Source of the DNA: a virus
Taxonomy: Duplodnaviria > Caudoviricetes
Reading direction: 5' to 3' (one strand)
Length of the DNA stretch: 42,094 bases
IMG/VR virus record: IMGVR_UViG_3300033067_001544
Location: 1 to 42,094 of that record
The notes beneath the pieces were generated by a model that was not told the origin of the DNA, did no database searches, and saw only the letters and a list, made by a program, of their open reading frames with translations. This document shows, one piece after another, positions 8,250-16,133 of the stretch; positions within the stretch are counted from its first letter, which is position 1; the number at the start of each line of letters is the position of its first letter. A program made the position numbers and the translations under genes.

Positions 8250-8290
8250 TACCAGCATTATACGCCAGACACTTGCAAGGTGAGTGAGAC
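8250..8290 (-). promoter_or_regulatory. Leftward promoter (-10 TATAAT at 8262-8257)
   Basis: TGGCGTATAATGC on minus strand; no canonical -35; CTTGCAAG palindrome upstream. Confidence 0.6.
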
Positions 8291-8311
8291 TTTTTTACAA
8301 AATATTCTAGA

Positions 8312-8345
8312 AAGTCTTGATTTATTTCAAGACTTGGCCTATAAT
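8312..8345 (+). promoter_or_regulatory. Rightward sigma70-type promoter with overlapping operator-like inverted repeat
   Basis: TTGATT(8317-8322)-17 bp-TATAAT(8340-8345); inverted repeat AAGTCTTGA-tttatt-TCAAGACTT (8312-8335) covers the -35. Confidence 0.8.
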
Positions 8346-8389
8346 CTCCTTATCAGCCCGCCGCAAGGCCGACTGATAGGAGATAGAGA

Positions 8390-8545
8390 ATGCTTACAAA
8401 GACGATCCGCCGCAAGGTACGACACTCTTCACCCCGCAACACTCGCGGGAGAGACCGACGGGCAGAGCTGAGGCTAGAGAAAGAAGCCGTACAGGTCATC
8501 CTTCACCCGTCCCTCTTCAACCGAACGCATGGGGTGGCGGCATGA
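8390..8545 (+). CDS. Arg-rich 51-aa protein, lambda N-like antiterminator candidate
   Basis: Not in the ORF track. MLTKTIRRKVRHSSPRNTRGRDRRAELRLEKEAVQVILHPSLFNRTHGVAA; AGGAGA RBS; first gene after promoter; ATGA overlap with next gene. Confidence 0.6.
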   Translation: MLTKTIRRKVRHSSPRNTRGRDRRAELRLEKEAVQVILHPSLFNRTHGVAA

Positions 8546-8772
8546 TGACCCTCGCCGACACCAAGCAAGGCATCATCAGCCTTGCCGTTGCGGAGCGCAT
8601 CCGCAACATCCAAAGCCCGCTACAAGCCGGATGGCTTGTGACGGTGATCGTCCCCGGCGAGGCACCCAGAGGCCCGTGGTATCGGGACATCAAGGACGCA
8701 TTCAGCTACATCCAAGAATGTAGCGCGAACGGCTGGGCCGTTGAAGTGACGTGCATTCAGGAGGTGGACTAA
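8542..8772 (+). CDS. Hypothetical protein
   Basis: 76 aa, translationally coupled at both ends. Confidence 0.7.
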   Translation: MMTLADTKQGIISLAVAERIRNIQSPLQAGWLVTVIVPGEAPRGPWYRDIKDAFSYIQECSANGWAVEVTCIQEVD

Positions 8773-8936
8773 TGAAGCCGATCCGATGCGCTTACTGCGG
8801 GCGATTCATCAAGCATGCCGATCTGGAATCCGGTGAAGCTGGCTCCCATTGGGAGTGCTACGGGTTCGGAGAATCGGACGAGTGGTTTTATCACAAGGCA
8901 TGCGAAGGCAAAGCCAATGGGGAGGTGGCGGCATGA
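8772..8936 (+). CDS. Small Zn-finger protein
   Basis: MKPIRCAYCG...HKAC; GGAGG RBS. Confidence 0.65.
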   Translation: MKPIRCAYCGRFIKHADLESGEAGSHWECYGFGESDEWFYHKACEGKANGEVAA

Positions 8937-9085
8937 AACCCCCACGCGGATATGAGATCATCCATTGTGGCGGGGAGTGGGTCGCGTTTTCGCATGAATG
9001 CGGCACCATCGGCAGATTTGACGACCCGTACCAAGCCCTCGACGCTTGCCATGCTGACCTACGGGCAAAGGCGGTGAAGGCATGA
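8933..9085 (+). CDS. Hypothetical protein (50 aa)
   Basis: GGAGG RBS; ATGA overlaps at both ends. Confidence 0.65.
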   Translation: MKPPRGYEIIHCGGEWVAFSHECGTIGRFDDPYQALDACHADLRAKAVKA

Positions 9086-9468
9086 TGGCCCGCCAACAAG
9101 CATTCATGGCCGCCGAGCGCATGAGCCTGGTATTTGGCCGGGTGATCCTGGTCTACCGTTGCTCCTGGACCCGCAAAGAGGACGGCAAGCAGGTAGACGT
9201 TGACTCGTTTGAAACCGAGTTCGTGGACGTGGACGCCTACGCGCTCATGGTGACAACCGCCACAAGCTCGATAGTCCCCACCGCTACCAAGCGCGGCATG
9301 ATCCGGGATGCGCTGATCCCGTTCTGGGAGTCGTCGGACGACCGCCGTGATTTCATCATCGGCGGCAAATACAAGCTGATCCGCGTGTTTGAGGACGGTG
9401 AATCCCTGATGCCGCCCGAAGACGTGATGGACCCGAACTATGACCCCTTTGAGGAGGTGACGGCATGA
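9082..9468 (+). CDS. Hypothetical protein with acidic YDPF C-terminal motif
   Basis: 128 aa, ends EDVMDPNYDPFEEVTA; coupled to the exonuclease. Confidence 0.7.
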   Translation: MMARQQAFMAAERMSLVFGRVILVYRCSWTRKEDGKQVDVDSFETEFVDVDAYALMVTTATSSIVPTATKRGMIRDALIPFWESSDDRRDFIIGGKYKLIRVFEDGESLMPPEDVMDPNYDPFEEVTA

Positions 9469-10106
9469 ACGCTGTTGAACAGATTGCGCAGGCATTCCCC
9501 ATGCGCATTGTTGCGGTGGACTTTGAAACCACGGGGCTCGTCCCGGCTTACGATTCCCCTACATCACTTGACGCCGTGGTGTTTGAGGATGGGGAGCCCA
9601 CGGGTGAAGTGTTCAGCCGCAAGCTGATCCCGTCCCTGAACTCCAAGTTCTCGCTTAAATCCATCGCGGTTCAGGCGGGAGAAGATTGCTTTAGTGTCGA
9701 TAAGTTGGCGGAGTCGCTGTTAAAAGTGTTTCCGCCTGACGCAATATCGGCGCGTCAAGCAATGATCGAACTGGCAGAGTGGGTGAATGAGACCGGTGTC
9801 ACGTTTACCCCTGTAGTGGCCCAGCGAGCTTACTTTGACTGGGGGTTCTACGGCCAGTGGTTAGCAAGCAACACCACGGCCTATAAGCGCGGGCTTTCGC
9901 CCGTGTGGATCTGCACAAAGACGATGGCGCGGCTTTTGGACCCCAAGAGCAAGGATATGGGGTTATCGGCACTTGCCGCCGTGTACGGGATCGAGATGGA
10001 CCGAACAGCGGGTCACGACTCCCAGATTGATGCGCTTGTGTGCGGGAAGGTGTATTACCGCCTACGCCAAGACCTACTAGAGAAAGCAGAGGCGGCACAG
10101 ATATGA
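9465..10106 (+). CDS. DEDDh 3'-5' exonuclease (DnaQ/epsilon-like)
   Basis: ExoI AVDFETTG, ExoII AQRAYFD, ExoIII HDSQID. Confidence 0.85.
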   Translation: MNAVEQIAQAFPMRIVAVDFETTGLVPAYDSPTSLDAVVFEDGEPTGEVFSRKLIPSLNSKFSLKSIAVQAGEDCFSVDKLAESLLKVFPPDAISARQAMIELAEWVNETGVTFTPVVAQRAYFDWGFYGQWLASNTTAYKRGLSPVWICTKTMARLLDPKSKDMGLSALAAVYGIEMDRTAGHDSQIDALVCGKVYYRLRQDLLEKAEAAQI

Positions 10107-10303
10107 GACCCGTAGTATCCCCAGTAAAGACCCTCACTCAGACCAACGGCCAACCCGTGACGATCCGCAGATCGGACATCGTGCGCGCCGAGCCTTGCGA
10201 AGACGGGACCATCCTGTATTGCGAGAATGGCCCATCTATCAAGGTGACGACTGTCCATGACGTGATCGCGGAGTGGTTGAACCCCAGCGGAGATAGGGCA
10301 TGA
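10103..10303 (+). CDS. Hypothetical protein (66 aa)
   Basis: MRPVVSPVKTLTQTNGQPVTI...; ATGA overlaps. Confidence 0.65.
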   Translation: MRPVVSPVKTLTQTNGQPVTIRRSDIVRAEPCEDGTILYCENGPSIKVTTVHDVIAEWLNPSGDRA

Positions 10304-10533
10304 ACGAAGCCCTCGTTACCCGGTTGTACTGGGCTTGGATGTGCGAGCCCAGGTTTGACAAGGATCTACCGGTAGATACCCTCGCGTGGGCGAACTTCTC
10401 TATGAACTACGTGACCATGCAGGATTACCGCCTGCTGGTGGATTTGAGCACACGGGAAGAAGCGAGCGTCAGGGCGGCGGTGACCATGCGCGTGGTGGAG
10501 CACCATGTCCAGTTTAGGAAGGTGGCGGCGTGA
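10300..10533 (+). CDS. Hypothetical protein
   Basis: 77 aa, coupled to neighbours. Confidence 0.65.
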   Translation: MNEALVTRLYWAWMCEPRFDKDLPVDTLAWANFSMNYVTMQDYRLLVDLSTREEASVRAAVTMRVVEHHVQFRKVAA

Positions 10534-11315
10534 AGACTTTTGAAATCCGGTCGCGATATGACGCCGCGAAGATTTTGTATTGCGGCGAGCACGAGTCACT
10601 AAAAGAAGCGGTGGAAGCGGCGGTAAAGAGCGGGGACGATCTCTCCGGGGCCGATCTCTACAGGGCCAATCTCTCCGAGGCCTATCTCTCCTGGGCCAAT
10701 CTCTCCGAGGCCAATCTCTCCGAGGCCAATCTCTGCAGGGCCAATCTCTCCAGGGCCAATCTCTCCAGGGCCAATCTCTCCGGGGCCGATCTCTACAGGG
10801 CCGATCTCTCCAGGGCCGATCTCTACAGGGCCGATCTCTCCAGGGCCGATCTCATCGGAGCCTATCTCTCCTGGGCCAATCTCTCCAGGGCCGATCTCTC
10901 CGGGGCCGATCTCTACAGGGCCAATCTCTACAGGGCCAATCTCTACGAGGCCAATCTCTCCGGGGCCGATCTCTCCTGGGCCAAGAATGCGGAACTCATA
11001 TTGGCGAGTACGTCAATCTGCCCAGAAGGTCAAATCATCGGCTGGAAGAAGTGCAAAGGCGGCGTTATCGTCAAGCTGTCTATTCCTGAAGATGCACGCA
11101 GGTCGAACGCAACCGGGCGCAAGTGCCGCGCTGAGTTTGCCGACGTGCTGGAGATATTCAGTGGTGGTTCTGCAGTGAGCTTGCGCGACGGCAATACGGT
11201 GTACCGCGTCGGCGAGCGTGTCATCCCGCATGAATGGTGCGAGGACCGATGGCAGGAATGCGCGGGTGGAATCCACTTCTACATCACGCGGGAAGAAGCG
11301 GAGGCGCACTCATGA
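10530..11315 (+). CDS. Pentapeptide-repeat protein with conserved phage C-terminal domain (DUF5758-like)
   Basis: A(D/N)Lxx repeats followed by [25 protein letters not shown]...[12 protein letters not shown]. Confidence 0.85.
   Translation: MKTFEIRSRYDAAKILYCGEHESLKEAVEAAVKSGDDLSGADLYRANLSEAYLSWANLSEANLSEANLCRANLSRANLSRANLSGADLYRADLSRADLYRADLSRADLIGAYLSWANLSRADLSGADLYRANLYRANLYEANLSGADLSWAKNAELILASTSICPEGQIIGWKKCKGGVIVKLSIPEDARRSNATGRKCRAEFADVLEIFSGGSAVSLRDGNTVYRVGERVIPHEWCEDRWQECAGGIHFYITREEAEAHS
10635..10979 (+). repeat. 23 x 15-bp tandem repeat encoding pentapeptide repeats
   Basis: Units of approximately GCC(A/G)ATCTCT(C/A)C(A/G)(G/A)G; counted from the translation DDLSG to ADLSW. Confidence 0.9.
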
Positions 11316-11788
11316 TCCACCTCACAACCTACGGCAAGGGCCTTATCCTAGGCACCCTCACTACCCTGTGCGCCATCACCGCCTACCAGAGCGCCCAGCT
11401 ACGGGCGACGGACTGGACGCCGCCGAAGCCCGCGAAGGCTAAAACCGCACCGCAGAAGTGGCACCCGTGCCGCATCACCACCTACGGCAAGCGTCCGAGC
11501 GGCAAGCCGTACCATGGCGGAAGGACAGCATCCGGCGCACGCTACGACGACTACGGGTGGACTGTGGCCGTGCCTCCGATCAAGAAGGGCTCAAGCCGCC
11601 CGATGATCCCGTACGGCACCTACATTGACCTCAGGTGGAAGGGCACAGTGTTGTTCAAGCTGAAAGTGACGGACCTGTGTCCAGGTGGGACGTTCGACGT
11701 TACGCGCAAGGCGATGGTGTCGATGCTTGGTCACTACGATAACACCACGTTGCGCGGGGCTCAGTGGGCCAAGGCGGTGCAACCATGA
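11312..11788 (+). CDS. RlpA-like double-psi beta-barrel protein with N-terminal signal/TM segment
   Basis: TTYG...[13 protein letters not shown]...TVAV...IPYGT...KVTDLCP..TFDVT matches the RlpA DPBB pattern; hydrophobic N-terminus. Confidence 0.75.
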   Translation: MIHLTTYGKGLILGTLTTLCAITAYQSAQLRATDWTPPKPAKAKTAPQKWHPCRITTYGKRPSGKPYHGGRTASGARYDDYGWTVAVPPIKKGSSRPMIPYGTYIDLRWKGTVLFKLKVTDLCPGGTFDVTRKAMVSMLGHYDNTTLRGAQWAKAVQP

Positions 11789-12351
11789 ATCTGCTCGACA
11801 TGAAAGCGCACTGGGGAAACCCTGGATTCCCCGCCACTGTTCGGTACACGAACATTGTTTCACTCAATGGCTTTGCCCCTGATCCGTTCATTCTGGAAAA
11901 GGTTGTTACGTCGTGGGATGAGTTCAATGATGCGTTAACAAGTATGACCGACACGATAGTTACAGCCTTGTCGTCTGCTGAGACTAACTTTTATGGTAAC
12001 CAGCGCGAAAATCACATGACTATTCAAGAACTCATCGCAATCGCCCACGGCGACTCGTTAAAAGCCGGATGGCACGACACCCCGAGAGACAAGGGGACAT
12101 TTATCGCCCTCATGCACTCGGAGCTCTCAGAATGCCTTGAAGGTGAGCGCAAAGACCTGATGGACGACAAGCTCCCTCACCGCAAGATGGCTGAGGTTGA
12201 GCTCGCGGACACGGTTATTCGCATTGCCGACTACTGCGGACTTCACGGGTACGACCTCGAAGGGGCGATCATCGAAAAGCTCGCGTACAACCGCGTTCGT
12301 GAGGATCACAAGCAGGAGATCCGGGACCAACAAGGGGGTAAGAAGTTTTGA
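11785..12351 (+). CDS. MazG-like nucleotide pyrophosphohydrolase (N-terminal extension, or start at 12016)
   Basis: IALMHSELSECLEGERK...EVELADTVIRIADY...EKLAYNRVR motifs. Confidence 0.8.
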   Translation: MNLLDMKAHWGNPGFPATVRYTNIVSLNGFAPDPFILEKVVTSWDEFNDALTSMTDTIVTALSSAETNFYGNQRENHMTIQELIAIAHGDSLKAGWHDTPRDKGTFIALMHSELSECLEGERKDLMDDKLPHRKMAEVELADTVIRIADYCGLHGYDLEGAIIEKLAYNRVREDHKQEIRDQQGGKKF

Positions 12352-12668
12352 AGGGAAAGGTTGCAATCATCTACCACTCGGCCGACTATGACGGCCTTTT
12401 CTCAGGCGCTTCTTATGATCGCGGGCGATTCACGTGCCGGGACGGTTCCCGCTACACCCGAAACGGGGCGTTTGTGGCTACCAGGTTGGTGCCGCTGGGG
12501 ACCCGGCTGGTACTGCGCTACAAGGGCAAGGAGATGGAGCTTGTCGTCAGGGACACCCCCGCCAAACGGTTCGGTAAGCGCCTCGATTTGCCCGACGGCA
12601 CTTGGGAGCGGATCACCGGCGCAAAGCGGCCGGTGGGGCTGGTGCGGATCGAGTGGAGGGTGAAGTGA
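12348..12668 (+). CDS. Second RlpA-like DPBB protein with a DHH-motif-like N-terminus (chimera)
   Basis: FTCRDGSRY...FVATRLVPLGTRLVL...VVRDTP...RLDLP; N-terminus VAIIYHSADYDGLFSG. Confidence 0.6.
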   Translation: MKGKVAIIYHSADYDGLFSGASYDRGRFTCRDGSRYTRNGAFVATRLVPLGTRLVLRYKGKEMELVVRDTPAKRFGKRLDLPDGTWERITGAKRPVGLVRIEWRVK

Positions 12669-12925
12669 GTTACAAATACCAAGTGGTGAGAGGATGCGGC
12701 TTGTATGGCGTGCCACGGTCCATATTTGCTTGCAAGAAATACCTCAAAGGGCATAACACGGACTTGCCATATATCGACCCTGAAAACAGATTTGAGATCG
12801 AGCGAATTCTCGTGCTATCAAATGGCGCGAAACGATATTGGCGGATGCGTAATGGCAAGTGGGTCACCAAGTTTGACTACACGTGCCCCGAGGCTGATGC
12901 TAAGCGGTGGCAGGTGCAACCATGA
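12665..12925 (+). CDS. Hypothetical protein
   Basis: GTG start with GGAGG RBS and GTGA overlap. Confidence 0.6.
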   Translation: MSYKYQVVRGCGLYGVPRSIFACKKYLKGHNTDLPYIDPENRFEIERILVLSNGAKRYWRMRNGKWVTKFDYTCPEADAKRWQVQP

Positions 12926-13044
12926 GCCCGCTTACCGCCTTTCTGGTGGGCCTATTCGTGGGCGCGGTGTTTGGCGGCGGTGCAATGGCGCTGTTTGCCG
13001 GGTCGAAATATGGGCCGGATGCGCCGGAGGGGGAAAGGGAATGA
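12922..13044 (+). CDS. Small membrane protein (40 aa)
   Basis: Manual translation MSPLTAFLVGLFVGAVFGGGAMALFAGSKYGPDAPEGERE; ATGA overlaps at both ends. Confidence 0.6.
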   Translation: MSPLTAFLVGLFVGAVFGGGAMALFAGSKYGPDAPEGERE

Positions 13045-13238
13045 GCGAAGACCTAGAACTGAACTGCAAATGCGGCCAAAGCGCAACATTCAAGGGGCCT
13101 AATGCCAACAAGGACGCGTACAACGCTGGTTGGCGACTCCACAAGCTACGCCGAGATGATTACGTCCACATGTGCCCTGAGTGTTTCGCGAAGTGGCTAA
13201 AGAGACAGGAGAGGGGGAGAAGTCGTGAGCGTGATTGA
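13041..13238 (+). CDS. Small Zn-finger protein
   Basis: CKCG...AGW...CPEC. Confidence 0.6.
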   Translation: MSEDLELNCKCGQSATFKGPNANKDAYNAGWRLHKLRRDDYVHMCPECFAKWLKRQERGRSRERD

Positions 13239-13455
13239 GTGGCGAGAAGATGTAGAAGGGAAGGACCAAGAGATTTCCTATGCTTACATCGACAATGCGT
13301 TAGCCGGAATGGTCCGCAACTGGTCAAATGTATGGCTTTGCAAGCCGGGCGAGGAGTGCACTGCGCTTGTGGTGCACGGACCACAGTCTTACCACGCGAC
13401 GATTCAAGAAGCAAAGAAGGCCATTGAATCTCATTTTTCCGAGGTGAAGCCATGA
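13225..13455 (+). CDS. Hypothetical protein
   Basis: 76 aa, GGAG RBS, overlaps neighbours. Confidence 0.6.
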   Translation: MSVIEWREDVEGKDQEISYAYIDNALAGMVRNWSNVWLCKPGEECTALVVHGPQSYHATIQEAKKAIESHFSEVKP

Positions 13456-13769
13456 GCGACGCCCGAGCAAAAGCATGGGAGACAAGGCGCGCCAAATATG
13501 GCGCTAAAGGGCACTGCGGCTTTTACGATCACGGCTTGCGTATGCGAGAACTCCGCGCCGAACTCGCCAAGGTGACCCAGGAGAATGCGACATTGACCCA
13601 GGAGCGGGATGCGCTTAAAGAAGAGTACGACGCAACAACAGAGGCCATAGACCAACTCGGCACAAAGCTTGGTTTTGACACTGAAAGCTGGGACCACGAT
13701 GATTGTCCGAACAACAGTGACATGGTAAATGCCATCTACGCGCACCTGCTGGAAAGGGAGGGGAAATGA
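13452..13769 (+). CDS. Hypothetical coiled-coil protein
   Basis: AKAWETRRAKYG basic N-terminus then heptad region; GAGG RBS. Confidence 0.65.
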   Translation: MSDARAKAWETRRAKYGAKGHCGFYDHGLRMRELRAELAKVTQENATLTQERDALKEEYDATTEAIDQLGTKLGFDTESWDHDDCPNNSDMVNAIYAHLLEREGK

Positions 13770-15067
13770 TTACACCCTATCAAGAATTCATTGCGGCCAA
13801 GACCCGCAAACACATGGCGCAAGGCGTGGATATTCCGGCGAACGACTTGCACGAGAACCTATTCGCGTTTCAGCGCGCTATCACGTCATGGGCGCTCAGA
13901 AAGGGCCGCGCGTGCGTGTTTGCAGGAACGGGGCTCGGAAAGACCCGGATGCAGTTGGAGTATTGCCGCAAGATCGACGGCATCCGCCTTATCGTCGCCC
14001 CGCTTGCAGTGTCGGAGCAAACCATCGAAGAGGCTGAACTCGTGTTTGGTGAAACGATCAGAGAGGCGAAAGGCAAGCTCACGGAAAGCGGTATCTACAT
14101 CATCAACTATGATCGGTTGGAGTCCATTTCGGGCGACATCAACGCAATCGTGCTCGATGAGTCAAGCATCCTCAAAAGCCATGACGGGCAGTTCCGAAAC
14201 TACATCACGGATCGGTTCAGACGAACGCCGTACCGACTCGCTTGTACGGCAACCCCTGCGCCCAATGACTACATGGAGCTTGGCACTCATGCTGAGTTCG
14301 TGGGGGCATCTACGCGGATGGAGATGCTCGCTACGTACTTCATGCACGACGGCGGTGATACCGCGCTATGGCGACTGAAACGCCATGCACGGGGCGACTT
14401 CTGGAAGTGGGTTTCGTCGTGGGCTTGCGTCCTTTCCCACCCTGCGGATATCGGGTTTACCGATCAGAAAGGGTACGACCTGCCTCCGCTCGTATTTCAC
14501 GATTCGGTTGTCGAAGTTGAATCGGGAGTCGGCGGAGGATTGTTCGGAGACGAAGGGATATCCGCAACAAAACTCTACGCGTCACTGAGAGAATCGGCAA
14601 CGGAGCGCGTTGCGGTCGTTAAGCAAATCGTAGAACGCAATCCAAACGAAGCATGGCTCATTTGGTGCAACACCGACGACGAACAAAATCAGATCGAGAA
14701 AGCTATTCCAGGCATTGCGACGGTACGCGGTTCAGATAGCAGGGACGCGAAGCGCGACCGGCTCATGGGGTTTGCGCATGGTCAGTATCGGCACTTGGTA
14801 ACAAAGCCCAAGATCGCCGGGCACGGGATGAACTGGCAGCACTGCCACAACATGATATTTTGCGGGGTGACCTACTCGTTTGAGCAGATGTACCAAGCAA
14901 TCCGGCGATGCTGGCGATTTGGGCAACAGTCACAAGTTGACGTCCATCTCGTGACGTGCAACGCCCAAGACTCCGTTAAATCGTCGCTCAAGGCCAAAGA
15001 AGAGGCGTTCAGCGACATGGCCCGAGAGATGGGCAAATACTGTATTCAGGAGGTAGGAAACAGATGA
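13766..15067 (+). CDS. SF2 (SNF2-like) helicase
   Basis: Q-motif FAFQ, Walker A GTGLGKT, LDESS, TATP, GHGMNWQ, QAIRRCWRFGQ. Confidence 0.9.
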   Translation: MITPYQEFIAAKTRKHMAQGVDIPANDLHENLFAFQRAITSWALRKGRACVFAGTGLGKTRMQLEYCRKIDGIRLIVAPLAVSEQTIEEAELVFGETIREAKGKLTESGIYIINYDRLESISGDINAIVLDESSILKSHDGQFRNYITDRFRRTPYRLACTATPAPNDYMELGTHAEFVGASTRMEMLATYFMHDGGDTALWRLKRHARGDFWKWVSSWACVLSHPADIGFTDQKGYDLPPLVFHDSVVEVESGVGGGLFGDEGISATKLYASLRESATERVAVVKQIVERNPNEAWLIWCNTDDEQNQIEKAIPGIATVRGSDSRDAKRDRLMGFAHGQYRHLVTKPKIAGHGMNWQHCHNMIFCGVTYSFEQMYQAIRRCWRFGQQSQVDVHLVTCNAQDSVKSSLKAKEEAFSDMAREMGKYCIQEVGNR

Positions 15068-15930
15068 AAGAAGTAGGTCAAGGTTGGGAGATGATTAACG
15101 GCGATTGTGTTGAAGCGGTCGCATCACTCCCTGATGAGTCGGTAGGGTATTCAATCTTCTCGCCCCCGTTCAGTTCGCTCTATGTCTACTCGGACTCACC
15201 GAACGACATGGGGAATTGCAAGGATGACGAAGAATTCTTTACCCATCTCGGGTTCCTCATTTCGGAACTCTACCGGGTGTTGAAGCCGGGGCGGAACGTG
15301 TCATTCCACTGTATGCAGTTGCCGACCACGATGGAGCGAGACGGAGTTATTGGGCTACGAGACTTTCGCGGCATGCTGGTCAAAGCATTCGAATCGGCGG
15401 GGTTTATCTTTCACTCAGAAGTGACGATTTGGAAGGACCCGGTAACCGCGATGCAACGCACTAAGGCGCTCGGGCTCCTGTATAAGCAACTCAAGAAGGA
15501 TTCATGCCGGTCGCGCCAAGGGATCGCGGATTATCTCGTAACTATGCGTAAGCCTGGGATCAATCCTGAGCCCGTGGGCCACGATGAGAAAGACTTCACC
15601 TGCGCCCAATGGCAGATGTACGCGAGCCCGGTTTGGATGGACATTAATCCGTCAGACACGCTCCAACACCGTAGCGCACGGGAAGATGATGACGAGCGCC
15701 ACATTTGCCCGCTTCAACTTGAAGTGATTCGGCGGGGCGTTCGGCTATGGTCCAACCCTGGCGACGTGGTTCTTTCGCCGTTCGCAGGGATTGGGAGTGA
15801 AGGGTACGTCTCAGTCGAGATGGGACGACGGTTTATTGGGGTCGAACTCAAAGAGTCGTACTTCAAGCAGGCCGTTTTGAACCTTGAATCGTTGCACGCC
15901 CAATCTTCACTGTTTGCGGAGGCATCGTAG
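15064..15930 (+). CDS. DNA amino-methyltransferase (N4-C/N6-A, beta class)
   Basis: Motif IV FSPPF near N-terminus, HICP, motif I VLSPFAGIGS, GVELK. Confidence 0.9.
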   Translation: MKEVGQGWEMINGDCVEAVASLPDESVGYSIFSPPFSSLYVYSDSPNDMGNCKDDEEFFTHLGFLISELYRVLKPGRNVSFHCMQLPTTMERDGVIGLRDFRGMLVKAFESAGFIFHSEVTIWKDPVTAMQRTKALGLLYKQLKKDSCRSRQGIADYLVTMRKPGINPEPVGHDEKDFTCAQWQMYASPVWMDINPSDTLQHRSAREDDDERHICPLQLEVIRRGVRLWSNPGDVVLSPFAGIGSEGYVSVEMGRRFIGVELKESYFKQAVLNLESLHAQSSLFAEAS

Positions 15931-15935
15931 ATTCA

Positions 15936-16133
15936 ATGATGGACCGATGGCCCGCGCTCATGTCCCGCACCACGGCGGCGGCGTACCTGGATCTGAGCGT
16001 TAGAGAGTTTGAACGGCACCCGATCCCCGCCGTGCATCTGACCCCACGAGGGGATAAACGGTATGCTCGGGAGGATCTGGACGCCTTTATCGAGAAGATG
16101 CGGGAAAGGCCCGTGGAAGGGAGGAAAGCGTGA
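15936..16133 (+). CDS. Excisionase/AlpA-like HTH protein
   Basis: LMSRTTAAAYLDLS...KRYAREDLDAFI pattern. Confidence 0.75.
   Translation: MMDRWPALMSRTTAAAYLDLSVREFERHPIPAVHLTPRGDKRYAREDLDAFIEKMRERPVEGRKA

Noticed and set aside
10995-11007. 13-bp match CTCATATTGGCGA also present at ~18177, at the Dam breakpoint
   Set aside because: A single 13-mer match in 42 kb can arise by chance and nothing else supports a link.
10580-11089. 169-aa (GQSLR)n ORF, and the repeat tract as a possible CRISPR array
   Set aside because: Alternate-frame shadow of the pentapeptide repeats; units are contiguous 15-mers with no spacers.
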